A stretch of 63,874 nucleotides of DNA, counting the filler, from Craspedostauros australis (Eukaryota): NCBI GenBank assembly GCA_030167865.1. It is 4 parts of 4 records of this genome, joined end to end, with 100 filler letters (N's around TTAATTAATTAA, not from the genome) between each part and the next. Parts side by side here need not be neighbours in the genome. Positions count along the whole stretch, not along the records: positions 1 to 15,441 come from JALAGF010002998.1; positions 15,542 to 31,588 come from JALAGF010003001.1; 2 more parts are not named here. One strand, given 5' to 3'. Positions 12,950 to 25,968 of this stretch are shown here, piece by piece (the stretch's first letter is position 1; each line of letters starts with the position of its first letter). The translations under genes were made by a program, and so were the position numbers. The notes below the pieces were generated by a model. It saw only the letters and a list, made by a program, of their open reading frames with translations, ran no database searches and was not told the DNA's origin.

Positions 12950-15441
12950 TAATAATAATAACGCACTGATTATCCCCTCATCAGAGGGTTGCCTCGAAAG
13001 CTTTAACGTCGCCGGCTAACAGCGAACCCATACGGGCCGACTGCGCTCGAACGACCTACCTAGGTCTCTCACTCCTGGGCCTACCGCTGGTTGCCACTCC
13101 ACCGGGCCACGAAACGTACCGCACTGGGCATCCGGAATCCTCCGCTATGCTCTTCACTCTCTTTTTGTAAGGCCGAGGGGCTGCTTGTCTGCGTTCGCGT
13201 TTACCGTCGCGATCTGACTCGCCTTGCCCTTCCTGCCGCTGTTGTTGTCGAATCGGACCTCTTCCTTTTCCGTCTAACGCTGGCTGCTCGTGCCGCCTGC
13301 ACATGCTTTACCCACGTCAGCTGATTCGCTGCCGACTGTCGTCTCACCGCCGCCTCCGTTGTGAGGGTCAACAGCCGCGCGTCATCTCCCGTTAGGTTGC
13401 CTACGCCCTTCCTCCATTCTTTGCGTACTGCACGCGCTGCCTCTCGTGTCAGCTTTGCGACCGCGATCCCTGACTCGCTTTCGTGCAGTACCTTATTTCT
13501 CGCTTCCCACGCCTTCCACCGTACTTCCCACAACCCCACTATCGCTCTTGCAATCCAGTTCGCCGCCGTCCCTGGCTGTTCGTGGAGCTCCATTGTTTGC
13601 TCTTGCATTAGCCCCCACTTCTTAGACCACCGGCCCCTCACCATCATATTCCACCCTATACTTGCCTGCTCTTCAACGGCCTTGCTCAGTTGTGGCCCTT
13701 GCTCGTTCTCCAACCTCAACCCGTCGCACCATGCGCCTACCTGCCGAACTAATTCGTGTACCATCAACCCGCTTCCCCTCCCTGCCAGCATTCCTGTTTC
13801 CCACTCTTTCATAGCTGCCCGTCGCACCGCTACAGCCGTTGGGTGCTGGCACTGCATGACGTGGTCCGTCGTTTCCTCGCACTGCCCGCATATTGGGCAC
13901 AGGCTGGTCGCCCAGAATTTCCATTTGTGCATATTTCTGCCAACGGGTCCGAAACTGCATGCATGCTTTGCCACCCATTGCCTGCGCCTTGTCGTGATTC
14001 GCCCCATGGCTAATCTCGCCGCTACAATATCCACTGCTGACATCTGCTCCTTACGGATACGGCCCACTTTGCGTTGCCACCCTTTGGTCCGTTGGCCTTG
14101 TACGTAGTTGCGGAGCGTCTCCGTCAAACTCTTGCATACCTTCTCGCCGTCCAGCCACACCGACCACTCATTTGCTCCCCATTCATTGTCACTACATGCA
14201 GCTTCGCTCATTTGCGCTGCTCCGGCCTGCTTGTCGACTTCATCGTTCCAAAACGCAAATTCATCCTGTGCCACGCCGCGGTCTCGTTCCAGCTGGTGGC
14301 CATATACGTGCTTGTACCGTAGTTGTACTGGTAACCTGCGTTGTATACCCCGTATCTCCCTGAGGATGTCGAAGTGCTGAACTGCCGTACTGACGTCTTG
14401 CGTGTATTGGACTGCGTGGATGCCTGCCATTTTGTTGTCACACGCCACTACCACTGTCTTACCAGCTGTGTCATGCCGTTGGCGGTCGCGCTGCATGATG
14501 CTTTCGACTCTTCGCAGCGCCTGGAGAATCCCTCCTAGCTCTGCACGGTACGCACTCTGCACTTGTTTGCGACCTTGCACCACTGCTGCTGCTGTCACCA
14601 ACCCCTTGCGCCGTCCATGCTTGTTGAGTGAGTACGCCGCCGTGCTTCTGCCGCTTTTGAACGATCCATCTGTACTGACCACTGCATCCCCTGCTGCCAC
14701 TGCCTCCAGCCACTGCTTTTCCGCCTTGCTCAATCGTTTGTCAGACTTGGATTGACTCCGCTGGACTCTGCCGCCTGTCCCAACCACGTGTAGCTCCTGA
14801 CGCACTTCTCGCACAAACACCGCTCGCCCGCCTTCCGGTGGCCCGCTCGATGCTCGTTGCGTACGTTGGTATCGCTCCATGCCCGGAACCATTCCTTCTC
14901 TGCTGCTCCATTCAGACCACTTCCTCGGCCCATCGCGCGTCCACAGTTTTCTTCCATTCTCGGCCCGTACCGCGCCGACCTGTTCCAGTTCCCATTCCTC
15001 ACTGTGCCTTGCTTTCTTGGCTATACGCGTCATAGCTTGTTTCCATAACATCCAATCTTTCCGTGGCAGCGGTCCCTGTCTCGGCCATTGGATGTGCTCT
15101 CTTCCTCTCCACTTGCTGCCATTTTCCATTGGACTGCTCGCCACTGATCGTCGTCGCCTTGCTTCGACCACGTCTGCCACACTAACCACCTTCATCACTA
15201 TTCTGCACCTGTTCAATCGGACCCGTTGCTCTCTGCTGTATCCTTCTCTCATTAGCGCCACCATCAACCACTCGTCTCTTTCATGGACCAACCCAGCCGT
15301 GTCTGTTTTTTCTTTCAACCTTATATTGCATTCATGCGTTTCTCGCCAGACCGTCTTGACCCAACAATCTGTCGCCAGGAATGCCCACTGATTGAAATCA
15401 ATCTCGAACGCCGAGTTGCCCACGCCCACTTCGGTTTTCAT
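12950..15441 (-). mobile_element. 3' part of a non-LTR retrotransposon with RNase H and CCHC zinc knuckle (probably diatom Ambal-type), truncated by the gap
   Basis: The 746-aa ORF (13201-15441) is open up to the gap. RNase H motifs: STDGS, SAYRAELGG, VACDN, KHVYGHQ, NDEVD. Knuckle: CPICGQCEETTDHVMQC. Also QASIGW..MVRGRWS and WEARN. About 240 bp of 3' UTR ends in a (TTA)n tail at 12950-12961. Confidence 0.88.
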
Positions 15442-15541
15442 NNNNNNNNNNNNNNNNNNNNNNNNNNNNNNNNNNNNNNNNNNNNTTAATTAATTAANNN
15501 NNNNNNNNNNNNNNNNNNNNNNNNNNNNNNNNNNNNNNNNN
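15442..15541. other. Assembly gap with artificial TTAATTAATTAA linker
   Basis: 44 N + TTAATTAATTAA + 44 N, exactly 100 nt. The same structure occurs three times in the window. Confidence 0.97.
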
Positions 15542-16835
15542 AAACTAAGCTTAACATTAAATAGTATAATATCATACAATATTTTGCATACCACAGGATA
15601 AGCCACTGTGATCCATTACATTATAGAATACTGTGTTGTGTGGTATTCGCAAGTGTTGCTGTTGCTGTGAACATGGACGTGCAGGAACGCTGCCACCAAC
15701 GCTGTGCTGTTTGACACAACACACACACAAACGAGGAAGCACACAACAGAACCAAATCACCAACAACGCAAGGAATCAAGGCAACACCGAATCNGCGACA
15801 ACGTCACCATCCACAACATTGGATTCCATTGCCGTCTGATATCGACCGTCAAAGACGTCATCAATTCTGTCTATGGCGAAGACAAGTCAGCCAGGTATTT
15901 GTGTCGTAGAAGCTAGCTAAATGTATCTAACCCTAATGGACAACACGAAAAATCATGTTCTAAAAATATCACGTGTTACGATGTCAAATCCGCAAAAACG
16001 TACGATTCTATCCTGAATGGGGCCATACGTCCGCGTAGTCGTACGCATCAACGTAATCGTGAGGGTGACAGCATGATCACAAGGACATCAACAAGCATGC
16101 CTCGAAGTCTGTTTGGTCAGCCGGAGATGGGATGGCATTGATCGTATCCTGTCCTGCTTCTGTCACTGCGCTTGCAGCTTCGCGTGTATGACAACCTTTG
16201 GATACGGTTCCTGCTGCTTCGTACCATACCTTGTACTCAACGATCACCACCAATCCCTCCCCACGACGTTCAGGATGGCGTTCGCAATGGAGAGGAGAAG
16301 TCATGCATTGTTAGTTTCTGAGGAGGGGTCGTGTTCGACAGAAACCGATGCTCGAGGGGGATGAACGCATAGGGAGTGCAACATCTGCCGACGTCATCGC
16401 ATGATTGAATTGCCGGTTCTGCTCACCTTTCGTCAGCGTCAGCGCTGTCGAAAGCCCGTGCATCTCTTGCCCCTTGACTCGCTCTTCAATTCACATGCTC
16501 ATTCAATCATTCAGATTTGCCTTCCTCGCTTGTTTCCTTCTTCCTCGCACCTCGCAGAGAGCTTTGATGAACTCGGTGTGGAACCTGCAAGCTATTCTAT
16601 TCACCCACCCGCACATCCAATCCACGAGAGTATCCAAAATCCAAGTAGCCACCCAACCCAACAAGCACGCATTCTCACCTATTCTCGAAGAACAAGACTA
16701 CGACAGGGAGCAGAAACGGGCATTCTACTCTAGTATACGAATGGAGCCGAGCGGAGTACGATCCCGAGTTGAGCAGGATCATGCGCGCACGTCGTAGTGT
16801 GGTGTGGTGTGATTTGGCGCCGCTGTGATGAAGAT

Positions 16836-17879
16836 CTAAAATACGCTCGTTTCCTGATCGCCGTCTTCTTCGGGGATGTTCGGTGAGATCGACCACGTGC
16901 CGACGACATTGTACTCCTCACCACCGAACAGCTTGGTTCTTCTGACCATGGCGAAGAGCGGCTCGACTGACAGCCATTCGATCTGGCCGGGCCACGGACC
17001 TTCGTCGATGGAGAGATCGTCGGCGGACAGCTTCATGGGCGCATCCGGGTTCATCTTCTCCACCCAGCCCAGATCGTTGGGATAGACGCGCATGGCCTCG
17101 TCGAATTCATCCCGCGCCGCGTCTCTTGACATGACCAGCTGCGCGGTATCCTTCATTCCCATCAGGGTCTGGATCGGATCCACGCCATCCAACCGGCGGT
17201 CGCCCGAGACGTGTTCCAGGGCTTCCTCCAATCGCTCCTGCTTGCGCTGGTAGTTCAATGCGATCGGTTGGAACAGCTTCGCGGCACGCTCCAGCTCCTC
17301 CTCTCTCCAGCACTTCGCCGTGAGGTAGATGCGCTCGCCCTTGTTGAGAACGACATCATTCTTCTGAATCCTCGTCTTGAGATCGACGTAGCACATGAGC
17401 TTGGCCGCGTGGCCTTGCGCGGAACCGGAGGGCAGACGGATCTTCCACTCTCCCACGTTTCCGAATTGCGCCTCCTTCTCGCCTTCCGTGGTGATGTAGG
17501 TCGGCACCGGCGACGTCTGCGGCAGCAGCTGGAAGGTGTTGCGCTGCAGCATGGGATCCTGCTGTCGTGTGTCACCGAGCGGGCGGTCGGGCGACACGAT
17601 GACGTTCAGAGGCACGGCCAACCGACCTCCGGAGGCACCCCAGTCCTCGGGCATGTTCGTGCCGGCCTCTCTGCCCAAGTTCAGCGTGAATGTCCAGGTG
17701 GCCGGAGCCCATGGATCGTCCGAGGCCGTGGCGGCGTCCGATCCGGATTCCGCGGCGGAGGAGGCCAGGCTCACAGTGGACGCGATCGGTGACGCGCGGA
17801 AGCCAGGGGAGAAGGCATCGGCGATGGAGGCACCAGCCGTCAGGATGCTCAAACTCAATACTCGGACTCGTAACCGCAT
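16836..17879 (-). CDS. Plastid-targeted uncharacterised protein (347 aa)
   Basis: Hydrophobic signal peptide MRLRVRVLSLSILTAGASIADA, then F-SP (ASAFAP-type cleavage motif) and a Ser/Ala-rich transit region. Body contains LNLGREAGTNMPEDWGASGGRL. Strong GC3 bias, no intron. Confidence 0.85.
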   Translation of the reverse strand: MRLRVRVLSLSILTAGASIADAFSPGFRASPIASTVSLASSAAESGSDAATASDDPWAPATWTFTLNLGREAGTNMPEDWGASGGRLAVPLNVIVSPDRPLGDTRQQDPMLQRNTFQLLPQTSPVPTYITTEGEKEAQFGNVGEWKIRLPSGSAQGHAAKLMCYVDLKTRIQKNDVVLNKGERIYLTAKCWREEELERAAKLFQPIALNYQRKQERLEEALEHVSGDRRLDGVDPIQTLMGMKDTAQLVMSRDAARDEFDEAMRVYPNDLGWVEKMNPDAPMKLSADDLSIDEGPWPGQIEWLSVEPLFAMVRRTKLFGGEEYNVVGTWSISPNIPEEDGDQETSVF

Positions 17880-18503
17880 CTTCTTTTGGCCTTTGCTTTG
17901 CCTTTGCTTGTGCTTGGGATGATCGGTACGCACGTGATGGACTCTTGGCTCTTAACTTGGCTCTTGGTTTGACTTGGCGGAGGTTGGCTTTGATCCATTC
18001 GTTGCCTTCCTTGTCATGTTGCTTGCGCTGCTTGTCTCCACTACACACATTGAACGGCTCGTGTTGTGCCCAAAGATCTTCGTGGCCGCCGATGACGCAA
18101 CCGCAGAAAGCGACAGAACGCAATCCAAGATGTGTTCGGTGCTTTGACTCCTTGGATCCAGCAGAAGTACATGTACAGTGTTTATCGATCACGTGGAACC
18201 CATCGTGTTTCCGCTTTATCCACGACTAGAACTTTGCCCACCTTTTGGTATTTCGCCAACAACACCACAGTGGCATCCACAACGTACCCTCTCAAGAGTA
18301 GCCAGAGGAGAGGACTTGTACGATACACAATCTCGCTGTCTCCCTGCGTGTGTGCGTCTCTATGGTGTGTGGTTGCTATTTTTTAGTTTTCGATTTGATG
18401 GTGATTGATTGGATTGTTTGAAAGTCATGCATGTGCCCCATTCCCTTGCTTTTCAGATGCGTGCATGCCTGTATTGCTGTTGCCGTGACTGTTGTTGCTT
18501 GGC

Positions 18504-21424
18504 TCAAGCTGTGGTTGCCTTGCGGAGGTTCTGAAGACCAGTGATGGCGGCCAAGTGATCCTCGGCCGCAGTGGATCGCGCCTTGGATGGAGTCGCTGCA
18601 GACTTCTTGCCCTTACTCTTTGCACCGCCCCGGACGTAACGCTTTGCCTTCGTGCCCCCCTTCTGCATTGCGTACTTCTCGCGCTGGCGTTGACGGCAGC
18701 GCACGCACTTGGTGGCGGATCCCTTCTCCCCAAAGGCCGCCCAAGGACGGAAGTTCTTGCATCCCTTGCACCACTTGATCTCCAAGCCGTTCTCCGTGAT
18801 CACCCACACCGTCACATCGCACGATGTGCAGAGTCCCTTGTTCTGGCGTGGGATGATGTGTCCCGAGCAGTCGGCCTCGTCTTTACCGGCGGAAGCAGCG
18901 TTGCTGGAAGCAGCCTTCTTCGACTTGTCCGCATTCTTGCTGACAAGAGATGCAGCGGAGCACACGCGGAGCTTTCCGCACATCACACAGTGCTTCTTGC
19001 CATCCGGCGTGGCGAGGTTGTCGGGCTTTGGACCTCCGGGAGTGCGCGACGAGTTGCGCGGTCTGGCGAGGTAATCTGGGAAGTTGACGAGCCGGTGGAA
19101 ATCTGGAAGGAGCAGGTCCTTGGTCTTGTCCGCCTCACTGCTTAGCATAGCACAAGAGTAACAGTAATGAGTGAATGAATGAGTGAGTGAATGAAATATA
19201 TGTGTGAGCGGGTTGACGATGGCGATGACGATATGGTGGATAGACATGCGAGCACAAGCGACGCCATGCCAACTTACCCCCAGTACTTGGATGGAATGGG
19301 CTCCTTCAATGGCTCGCAACGATTCGTCGATGGTGCTCTGCCGCCGCTCTCGGAGGCAACACGTTGCCATTCCGACACGGAGGCGAACTGCTGCAACGGC
19401 GATGCGGCCTGCTTCTTTGCTGCTCCGGATCGCTTGCCCTGGGCTGCGGGTTGCGGCTTCGTGGTTTTGCGAGATGCCGTTGCTTCTTCCTTCTCGGCGC
19501 TGGCACGTCTCTCCAACGAGGCATCCGCAGCAACGCCAGGAGCGCTCACTGTGGGGATCGAAGGATAATAGGGATGGGCGTTGGGAACGACCGAAGGATG
19601 AGCGGCGTACGGTGGCATGTGACCGTACGGAGACCTGTATGGAGGTGGCACGGCCGCGTACTGGTAGGCGTAGACGTAATGCGAATGGTGGGCACCCGGT
19701 GGAGGCAATCCCGGGTGACCATGGGAGACCAGATGATGCATCGGTGGCGATGACTGTGGTGGCACCGCTGCGTGCATCATCGCCGCGGGCCCAGGTGCTG
19801 CGTACTGGACCATGGCATGATGCGGAAGATCAGCGTGCACGCCGCTGCGCTTTGCCTTCGAGGCCGCAAGGATGGCAGCGATCGATTCCTCTTCTGCATC
19901 ATCTCCGGAGTGCGCACCGGGTTCTTCCTGCGCGCTTGCCTCGGCCTCCCGCCGCACTCTGGCGCTGGCCTTCTCAAAGAGCTCGGCGACTGGGCTTGTG
20001 TTGGTCGTGGACGACGATGCCGATCCATCGGAGACAACGCGTGCCTTCTTGGATTGTGGAATGTCGGAACCAAGTTGGGGGGAAGGTGACGAAGGACGCT
20101 TCTTGCCCAAGGCCGGTGTTGAGGGCGTGACAGGGGATGGAGACGTGATACCACTGCCCATGGCGTAGGTCATGTGATGTGGCAAGGCGCCTGGTGTGCC
20201 TGCTGCCGGTGGCATGCGGCCGTAGTACGCCAAGGGCGTGGAGGATGGGTGATGGTACACAAGCCTGGCATGGGGATGAGAGTGTGACATCTCGGACCAG
20301 CTGGGTGCGTAGTGCAGGTGGGTTGGATGGGTCATTCTGCGGATGGATGGTGGAGCAGGAGTCTCGAGCATGACGGAAGTCTGCTGCTCGGATGCGAATG
20401 GAGGTCTGCCGCTGTGGATGGACTGCTGGTGTTGGTGTGGCTGCTGCTGATGATGATTGCGGTGCGCGTTGTTGTTGCTCTCGCTGTTGTCGGAAGCGGC
20501 GCCGGTGTACTTGGATGCTTTCTGAAGTGCCTTTTGGCTTGCCTTTGCGGATCGTTGGGCAGATGATTCCGATGCACTTGTGCGGGTGGCTGCCTTGCGA
20601 GAATTGTGAGAGGTTTGTGAAGGTTGGCTTGAGTCGTCCTGTGCGGCGCTGCCGCCATCGTCGCTGCTGGCATCTTCGGCGGCAGGAGGAGGAGGATGAG
20701 ACGCCCGAGCCTGAGCTTTTGTTGCTGCATCCTTGGTCTTCTTGATCCGTGCCTTGCCACCAGCCTTCTTCACACGAATGGGAGACGTCGTGAGCTTGGA
20801 CGTCCCGTAAATGGAAAGGTGGGGCGGGCCGGACAGTTCGCTGGTTGGCGGGGTTGGAGGTGTCGTGCGAGGTGCGCCAAAGGGATGAAGCCGCCGGGCT
20901 GTCGGAGGGGCATCCTTCTCATCGCCGTGCTTCGTTTCCTTGTTGACATCATCCACAACGCTCTCCGTTGCATCATCGCGGCGCACATCGGCAGATCTGT
21001 TCCGCTTCTGCGCCACCTTCGATGCTGGCGATGGTGTGATCATGGCCTTCACAGTGCGACCGGCATCATTCCTCTCATCCTCGGTGCTCTCCCTGAATCG
21101 CTTCCCCTCAGCCTGCGAGTTGGCGTGGATCGGAGTCTCCGACAGCGCCTCGTGCTTTCCATTGGACCGTGCGGATGGCATCGGACTTCGCTGCGTCGTC
21201 GTCGGCGATGGGGATGGGTTCCTCCCCTCCTTGCCTCGCTTGGGAGACTTGTCGCAAGCGACTGCTGCCGCGAGAGAAAGCAGTCTGCTGGCCTGCATCC
21301 TGGCCTTTGGCGACGCCGTCAAACCCACTGGGCTGGAGCGCCGAAGAGCTTCTGGCTGGGCATCGGTCGCAGATGTTTCCAGCTGCAGCGACTCGTTCGA
21401 TGTCTGATCAGGTCGGTGGGGCAT
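18504..21424 (-). CDS. Low-complexity protein with C-terminal Cys-rich Zn-binding domain (SBP-like; putative transcription factor); exons 21424-19278, 19137-18504
   Basis: GTAAGT donor at 19277 and CAG acceptor at 19138 join in phase 2 (YWG|EADK). C-terminus: CVMCG..C..HIIPRQNKGLCTSC..WCKGCKNF..F..KCVRCRQRQREKY, followed by a basic NLS-like tail. Confidence 0.8.
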
Positions 21425-21454
21425 TGTTGCTGAATGGTATTATATTATACTCTA

Positions 21455-21666
21455 TAATAGCTGTAGCTGTAGCTGTAGCTGTAGCTGTGGTTGTGAAGTG
21501 GATTAGTCTTGATAGAATATGATACCGGTGATGTTGTCTGGCTTGATGAGGTCAGGAAGTCAACAATGACACAGATGGCAATGTCCGATTATGTGTTGAG
21601 TTGGATTGGATTGAGTTGAGATGGATTGGATTGAGTTGGATCGGATGGAGTTGGATTGAGTAGAGT
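21455..21666. repeat. Microsatellite tracts (TGTAGC)n and degenerate (GATTG/GAGTT)n upstream of the Zn-finger gene
   Basis: Read directly. Confidence 0.75.
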
Positions 21667-24600
21667 TGCCAAACAGCGAGTGCAAGTACGCTTCTCTCAT
21701 GTGGTGGGAGTGCTCCCTCGAGGCATGTGCAAGGACGAGGACGAGTCCGACTATGACGGTTGATGGCAATGAATCGGGGTTGGAATTTGGTGAGAGTGCA
21801 CCCACCTCAAATCCAAACGCCCGCAACAACGAGGACCATCGCGGCGTCTGACAAACGTTGGGCGCTGCCCTTCGGTTGACCGTTTTGTGATGATCGCCAT
21901 GGCGCAGCTCTCTGCCACCGGGGTGCTCGAACTTTGAGAGAGGAATCAGCGAAGCCGCGCCTTTTTGTGACTTCTAATTTTTGGCACCGGCTCGCCGGCG
22001 ATTTCACTTAGCGTGCGGCTCCCTGTGATTGTACGCGAAGCAGTTGAATCTTCCATGTGGGTCCGTTGGACGTGCGTTGGGAATCACAAGTGCACGAAAC
22101 CAGCACTGGCATTGCCTTCGGACGTTACCGCGATGTCGCAGTGCCTATGTCACGCTGGACTTATTTGTCTACAAGGCTGATGGGATCATTGCGTCGAAAA
22201 TGCCAGGACTTGCAATCACTTTCATTCTTCGCATCGACCGGCGCTTCGCACATGCAATGATGGAGCAGCGCTGGGCGTTGGACAGCTTTTCCACACCAAT
22301 CAGAACCATGTCACTTTTTGTATTTCATCGCTGCGAAACCACATCATCTTCGTCAGGAGTATCTGTCCGAGTGTGAGAGTAGTCCCGCGTTGTGATGGCG
22401 GCTGTGCTTGTGGTCTCCGAATACTCTATTCTGCCATACCTAGACTATGTGTCGTAGCATCATGGTTGCCTCTAACTATGGTAGCTCTTGCATTATTCTC
22501 CAAGTTGATGACGGCCGAATCGCAATTGCAGGCAGGGTTGAGTCCTCTGGGGTGCTCTGCTGTGGGATGGCAACAACGTGACTGAGAGAAGAGTTGCGGT
22601 AGATCATTGTTTTACAACGTTTTTACGGAGAAAGGAACACTGGCTTTTGAAAACGTGTTTTATTGGAAAAGTCTTCATTTTGAGTGTTTTCAAGTGTTCT
22701 CTTTCTCGTGCCGCAAGAATGATAATCCGAACGTATCCTCATTCGAACCGAGGTGATGGGCATGCAGCCTTCATTGTTCCAGCATTGTCACCCCATCACT
22801 CCAACCAAGACACCATCCAAGATACGACCTTGCTTTCCGCTGCCCAACCCTCGTTTGAGCGTCACCCATCCTGCTGCTGTGCGAAATGGTGTGGGCAGCG
22901 GCAAGGAAGAATGCCAAGATCGTTGTCCCTCGACTTTCATGAGAATGCCGCTTCTCGATACGTGCTCAAGAGTAGTCGTACGCGGTTGTCGCAGCGCACT
23001 TCTCATGTCTTGTGACAACTTGTGGTGGAATGACCGGGCCCATCTACTGGCATGGAGGGATATATGGTGCCATACACGAAGCATGATGGGTGTCTGCGGC
23101 GATGTACCTATGCCTTGCAGGGTACAAGCAGGTCGCAGCGCAGATCACCGTGGCGCTGTCGGGCCACCGCTTTTCCGCATAGTGTGCTTCTTCTTTGCGT
23201 TGTGGCCCCCAAAGAGTTGCGCGACTCTTTTTCTCTGTGGGAGAAGCTGCGCTCCATTATTGCGTACAAGAATTCACCAATCCATCTTTCGTTGCGTCTC
23301 CTCGAGCCACGGACACAGGGAACTGTGCAGAAAGTGAAAACGACGATGGCGACGACAGCGGTGACGACGACGAAAGGCGGGAGAGAGAGACCAGAAAGGA
23401 ACAGGAGTCGGAGATGGATGATCGAATCTCCTGGCAGACCAACTTGCGGCACTGAGTAGTCGCTCTTATGCAATGACCAACAAGGCTTGGGCGGAGTCCC
23501 CCACCCCAGCGGCTTTCATTCCCTGAGACGGAAGGCTTCCAAAAGCGCACGCCGAACCATCCTGTTCCGGGCTTGGTTGTCCCCCAAATGGTTCTTGGTC
23601 GCCATTCACACAAGAAACAACCGAGCAACGAACAACCACCCAAGCGCTGCTGATGCTTGGGCGCTTATCTTTCGAAGGATAATGCATCATCTCCGTGCTC
23701 GTAGCCAGCATCGTGACGCTGTCGGATCGAAACGCGCCAAATGAAGGAGTGAAGGGAGCCAGGCGCTACTCCATTGGAATCCTCTCATCCCTATCCTTCT
23801 CTCTGGCATCGGAACCCTCTCTCGTCACCCCAAGAGTGACCAAAACCAAAACAAAGAAGATGATCCATGATCCGAAACATCGGTCATGCTTGCGGCTCCC
23901 AGATCCAGCTGTGGTTCATGGCACATGTTCCTATGATGCAACGAGCACCGCGGCGTAGCAGTGTGTTGGAACTTGTATTATATTGTACTCTACGAGATAG
24001 AGACAGCATGCATCGGCAGTATGAACCACGGTCAACATCCCGCACACATACATGTGTGCTTCTGTGTCCGCCTCGATGCTCCTCGCCACCTATTCTCGAG
24101 GCTGCTCGTGCTCTGCCCGCACCAATCGCAGCATCAACATCTGACACCGGACGACGAATCGATCTTTCACTCTCTTTACAATCGCAAAGTCACGGCACTG
24201 ACAGCGATACTCGCACAGTAGGTACGAGTATGGTTTGGTAGTCGTATAATACGAGTAGGAGTATGGTACATCTCGTTGGCCCTTGCGTTGGCGACCAAGC
24301 TGTCTTTCGGCAACTAAAGCCCCCTTCGGTCTCTCTCTCTCTCTTGTGGTGGTGGTGATGGTGGTGACACCATCGACAACCAACGCAAATCAACGAGCAC
24401 TGGTGGATCGAAACGGCGCAGGTGCGATGGCTTGGGCATCGTGCTCATTCTGACATCATCTTGAGCGCCACAGACGCCACGATCAGCATATTTGTTGGTT
24501 TCGCACGCACAACGGAGCAGCTCGTGCCCGGAAAATGTGGAGTGAAGGAGTTCGTTGTTGTTGGTGTGTGCTCGGGGCGATCACGGAGCTGGTTGACGTG

Positions 24601-24909
24601 GACTGATGCAGCGTTCTCCTGTGTCACATGCGTCTTCATTTCCTCTAAGACCTATTTTTGTCAGTATCATTTGTTGTCCTGTGGTCATCGTGCGTCAGTC
24701 TGACATTCACGATTCGAAGGTGCATTCGATGCAGAGGTTAATTCCAAAAACACCATCACAAACACACAAAGAATAACCAATTCTTGAGCGATGCGAAGTG
24801 GTGATGTCTTGCCCAACAAAAGTTCCTGTGGTGGTGACCGAAACGCCGAATGCCTGCGACTCTTTCACCACCATGGACTTTGTGTTGCGTGCCTGTCCTG
24901 ACCGCCGAC

Positions 24910-24985
24910 GCTTGGTCACATCTTTTGCGATCGTTTGATGTGTGGTCACATCTTTTGTGGTTGTTTGATGTGTGGCCACATTTCA
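24910..24985. repeat. About 30-bp tandem repeat (TTTGATGTGTGGTCACATCTTTTG core), about 2.5 copies
   Basis: Read directly. Confidence 0.65.
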
Positions 24986-25290
24986 TGGGCACCACAGCCG
25001 CCGTACAGATCATTCGTTCAGCCAATCGATGAATCCATCAAGCAAACATCCATCTCTGTTAGCCATCGCACATGACGCAGAACATCGCCATAAAATCAGG
25101 CCCGCTCATTTCTACATCACCCCAAGCAAGCAAGCAAACGAACGAACGACCGAAGAAGCATCACACAGAATTGCACGATACTCGACTCGTCCCATACTGC
25201 TGATAATACACGCCACTCTGCTCCAAATCAAATCACATCACATCATAAAACGCCACATCATATCGCATTGCATCGAATAGAACAAGCATC

Positions 25291-25968
25291 ATGAAACCGA
25301 ACCAAGTCGAAGCCAAGCCTTGCTCGTTGCACCGCCTCCGGCCGTTGCGCGATCACAGGAACAACTTTGATGCCATTGCCGACACCAACAACGACAACCC
25401 CCTTGGCGACTCCCACCGCAATGGCAGGAGAAGCAGCACCAACTTCAATGTCCGGTTCCGACCATTGCATTTGGAACGCTCTGACGAAAGCCGGCCCAGG
25501 CGCCAACTTCCATCCACAAGCACGCTCGCGGCCGATGTGAATACCGTGGAGGATACTAGTACATTCGAAGCTCCACACAATGGGATCAATCATGACTCCC
25601 CCCATCCAGCGGCTGACCATGACACTCGTACTGGCACAACGTGGATGCCGTCGGTTCAAGCAGCAACCCACACGGTTCGCGGAATCCATCAGTCATGGCT
25701 TCTGCAACATCGGCAACAAGCAACGCCTGGTGGAACCAACATTCACGGCGCCATCACCGCCAACAACCGCGACATCGAACGACACATCGCAAGCCGCATC
25801 GCCAACAATCCATCTTTGATGAGAGAGCCGCACTCAGCGCTCCGATTCCAGGCGATTTCGGCGACATGTTGCCATCGCGGAATCAGCAGATCCAAGATGC
25901 ACGCCATCATCACCAACGCTCTGGCGATCCTGAATGAGGAGGAGAATGAAGCTCCCGTGCAGGATTGA
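25291..25968 (+). CDS. Hypothetical protein (225 aa)
   Basis: ATG after a CA-rich leader, C-ending codon bias, amphipathic C-terminal helix (MHAIITNALAILNEEE). No recognised domain. Confidence 0.55.
   Translation: MKPNQVEAKPCSLHRLRPLRDHRNNFDAIADTNNDNPLGDSHRNGRRSSTNFNVRFRPLHLERSDESRPRRQLPSTSTLAADVNTVEDTSTFEAPHNGINHDSPHPAADHDTRTGTTWMPSVQAATHTVRGIHQSWLLQHRQQATPGGTNIHGAITANNRDIERHIASRIANNPSLMREPHSALRFQAISATCCHRGISRSKMHAIITNALAILNEEENEAPVQD

Noticed and set aside
13201..15441. Host RNase H gene or LTR retrotransposon
   Set aside because: RNase H is followed by a CCHC knuckle and a simple-repeat tail, with no integrase or LTR. This fits a non-LTR element.
15486..15497. Palindromic TTAATTAATTAA recurring three times (also 31633-31644 and 62759-62770)
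   Set aside because: Always centred in exactly 88 Ns and encodes stops in all six frames. It is an artificial scaffolding linker, not biology.
15916..16050. CTAACCCTAA motif suggesting a telomeric or Helentron end
   Set aside because: Under two repeat units and no matching partner terminus seen.
22000..25280. Many short ORFs
   Set aside because: No coherent gene model or domain recognised.
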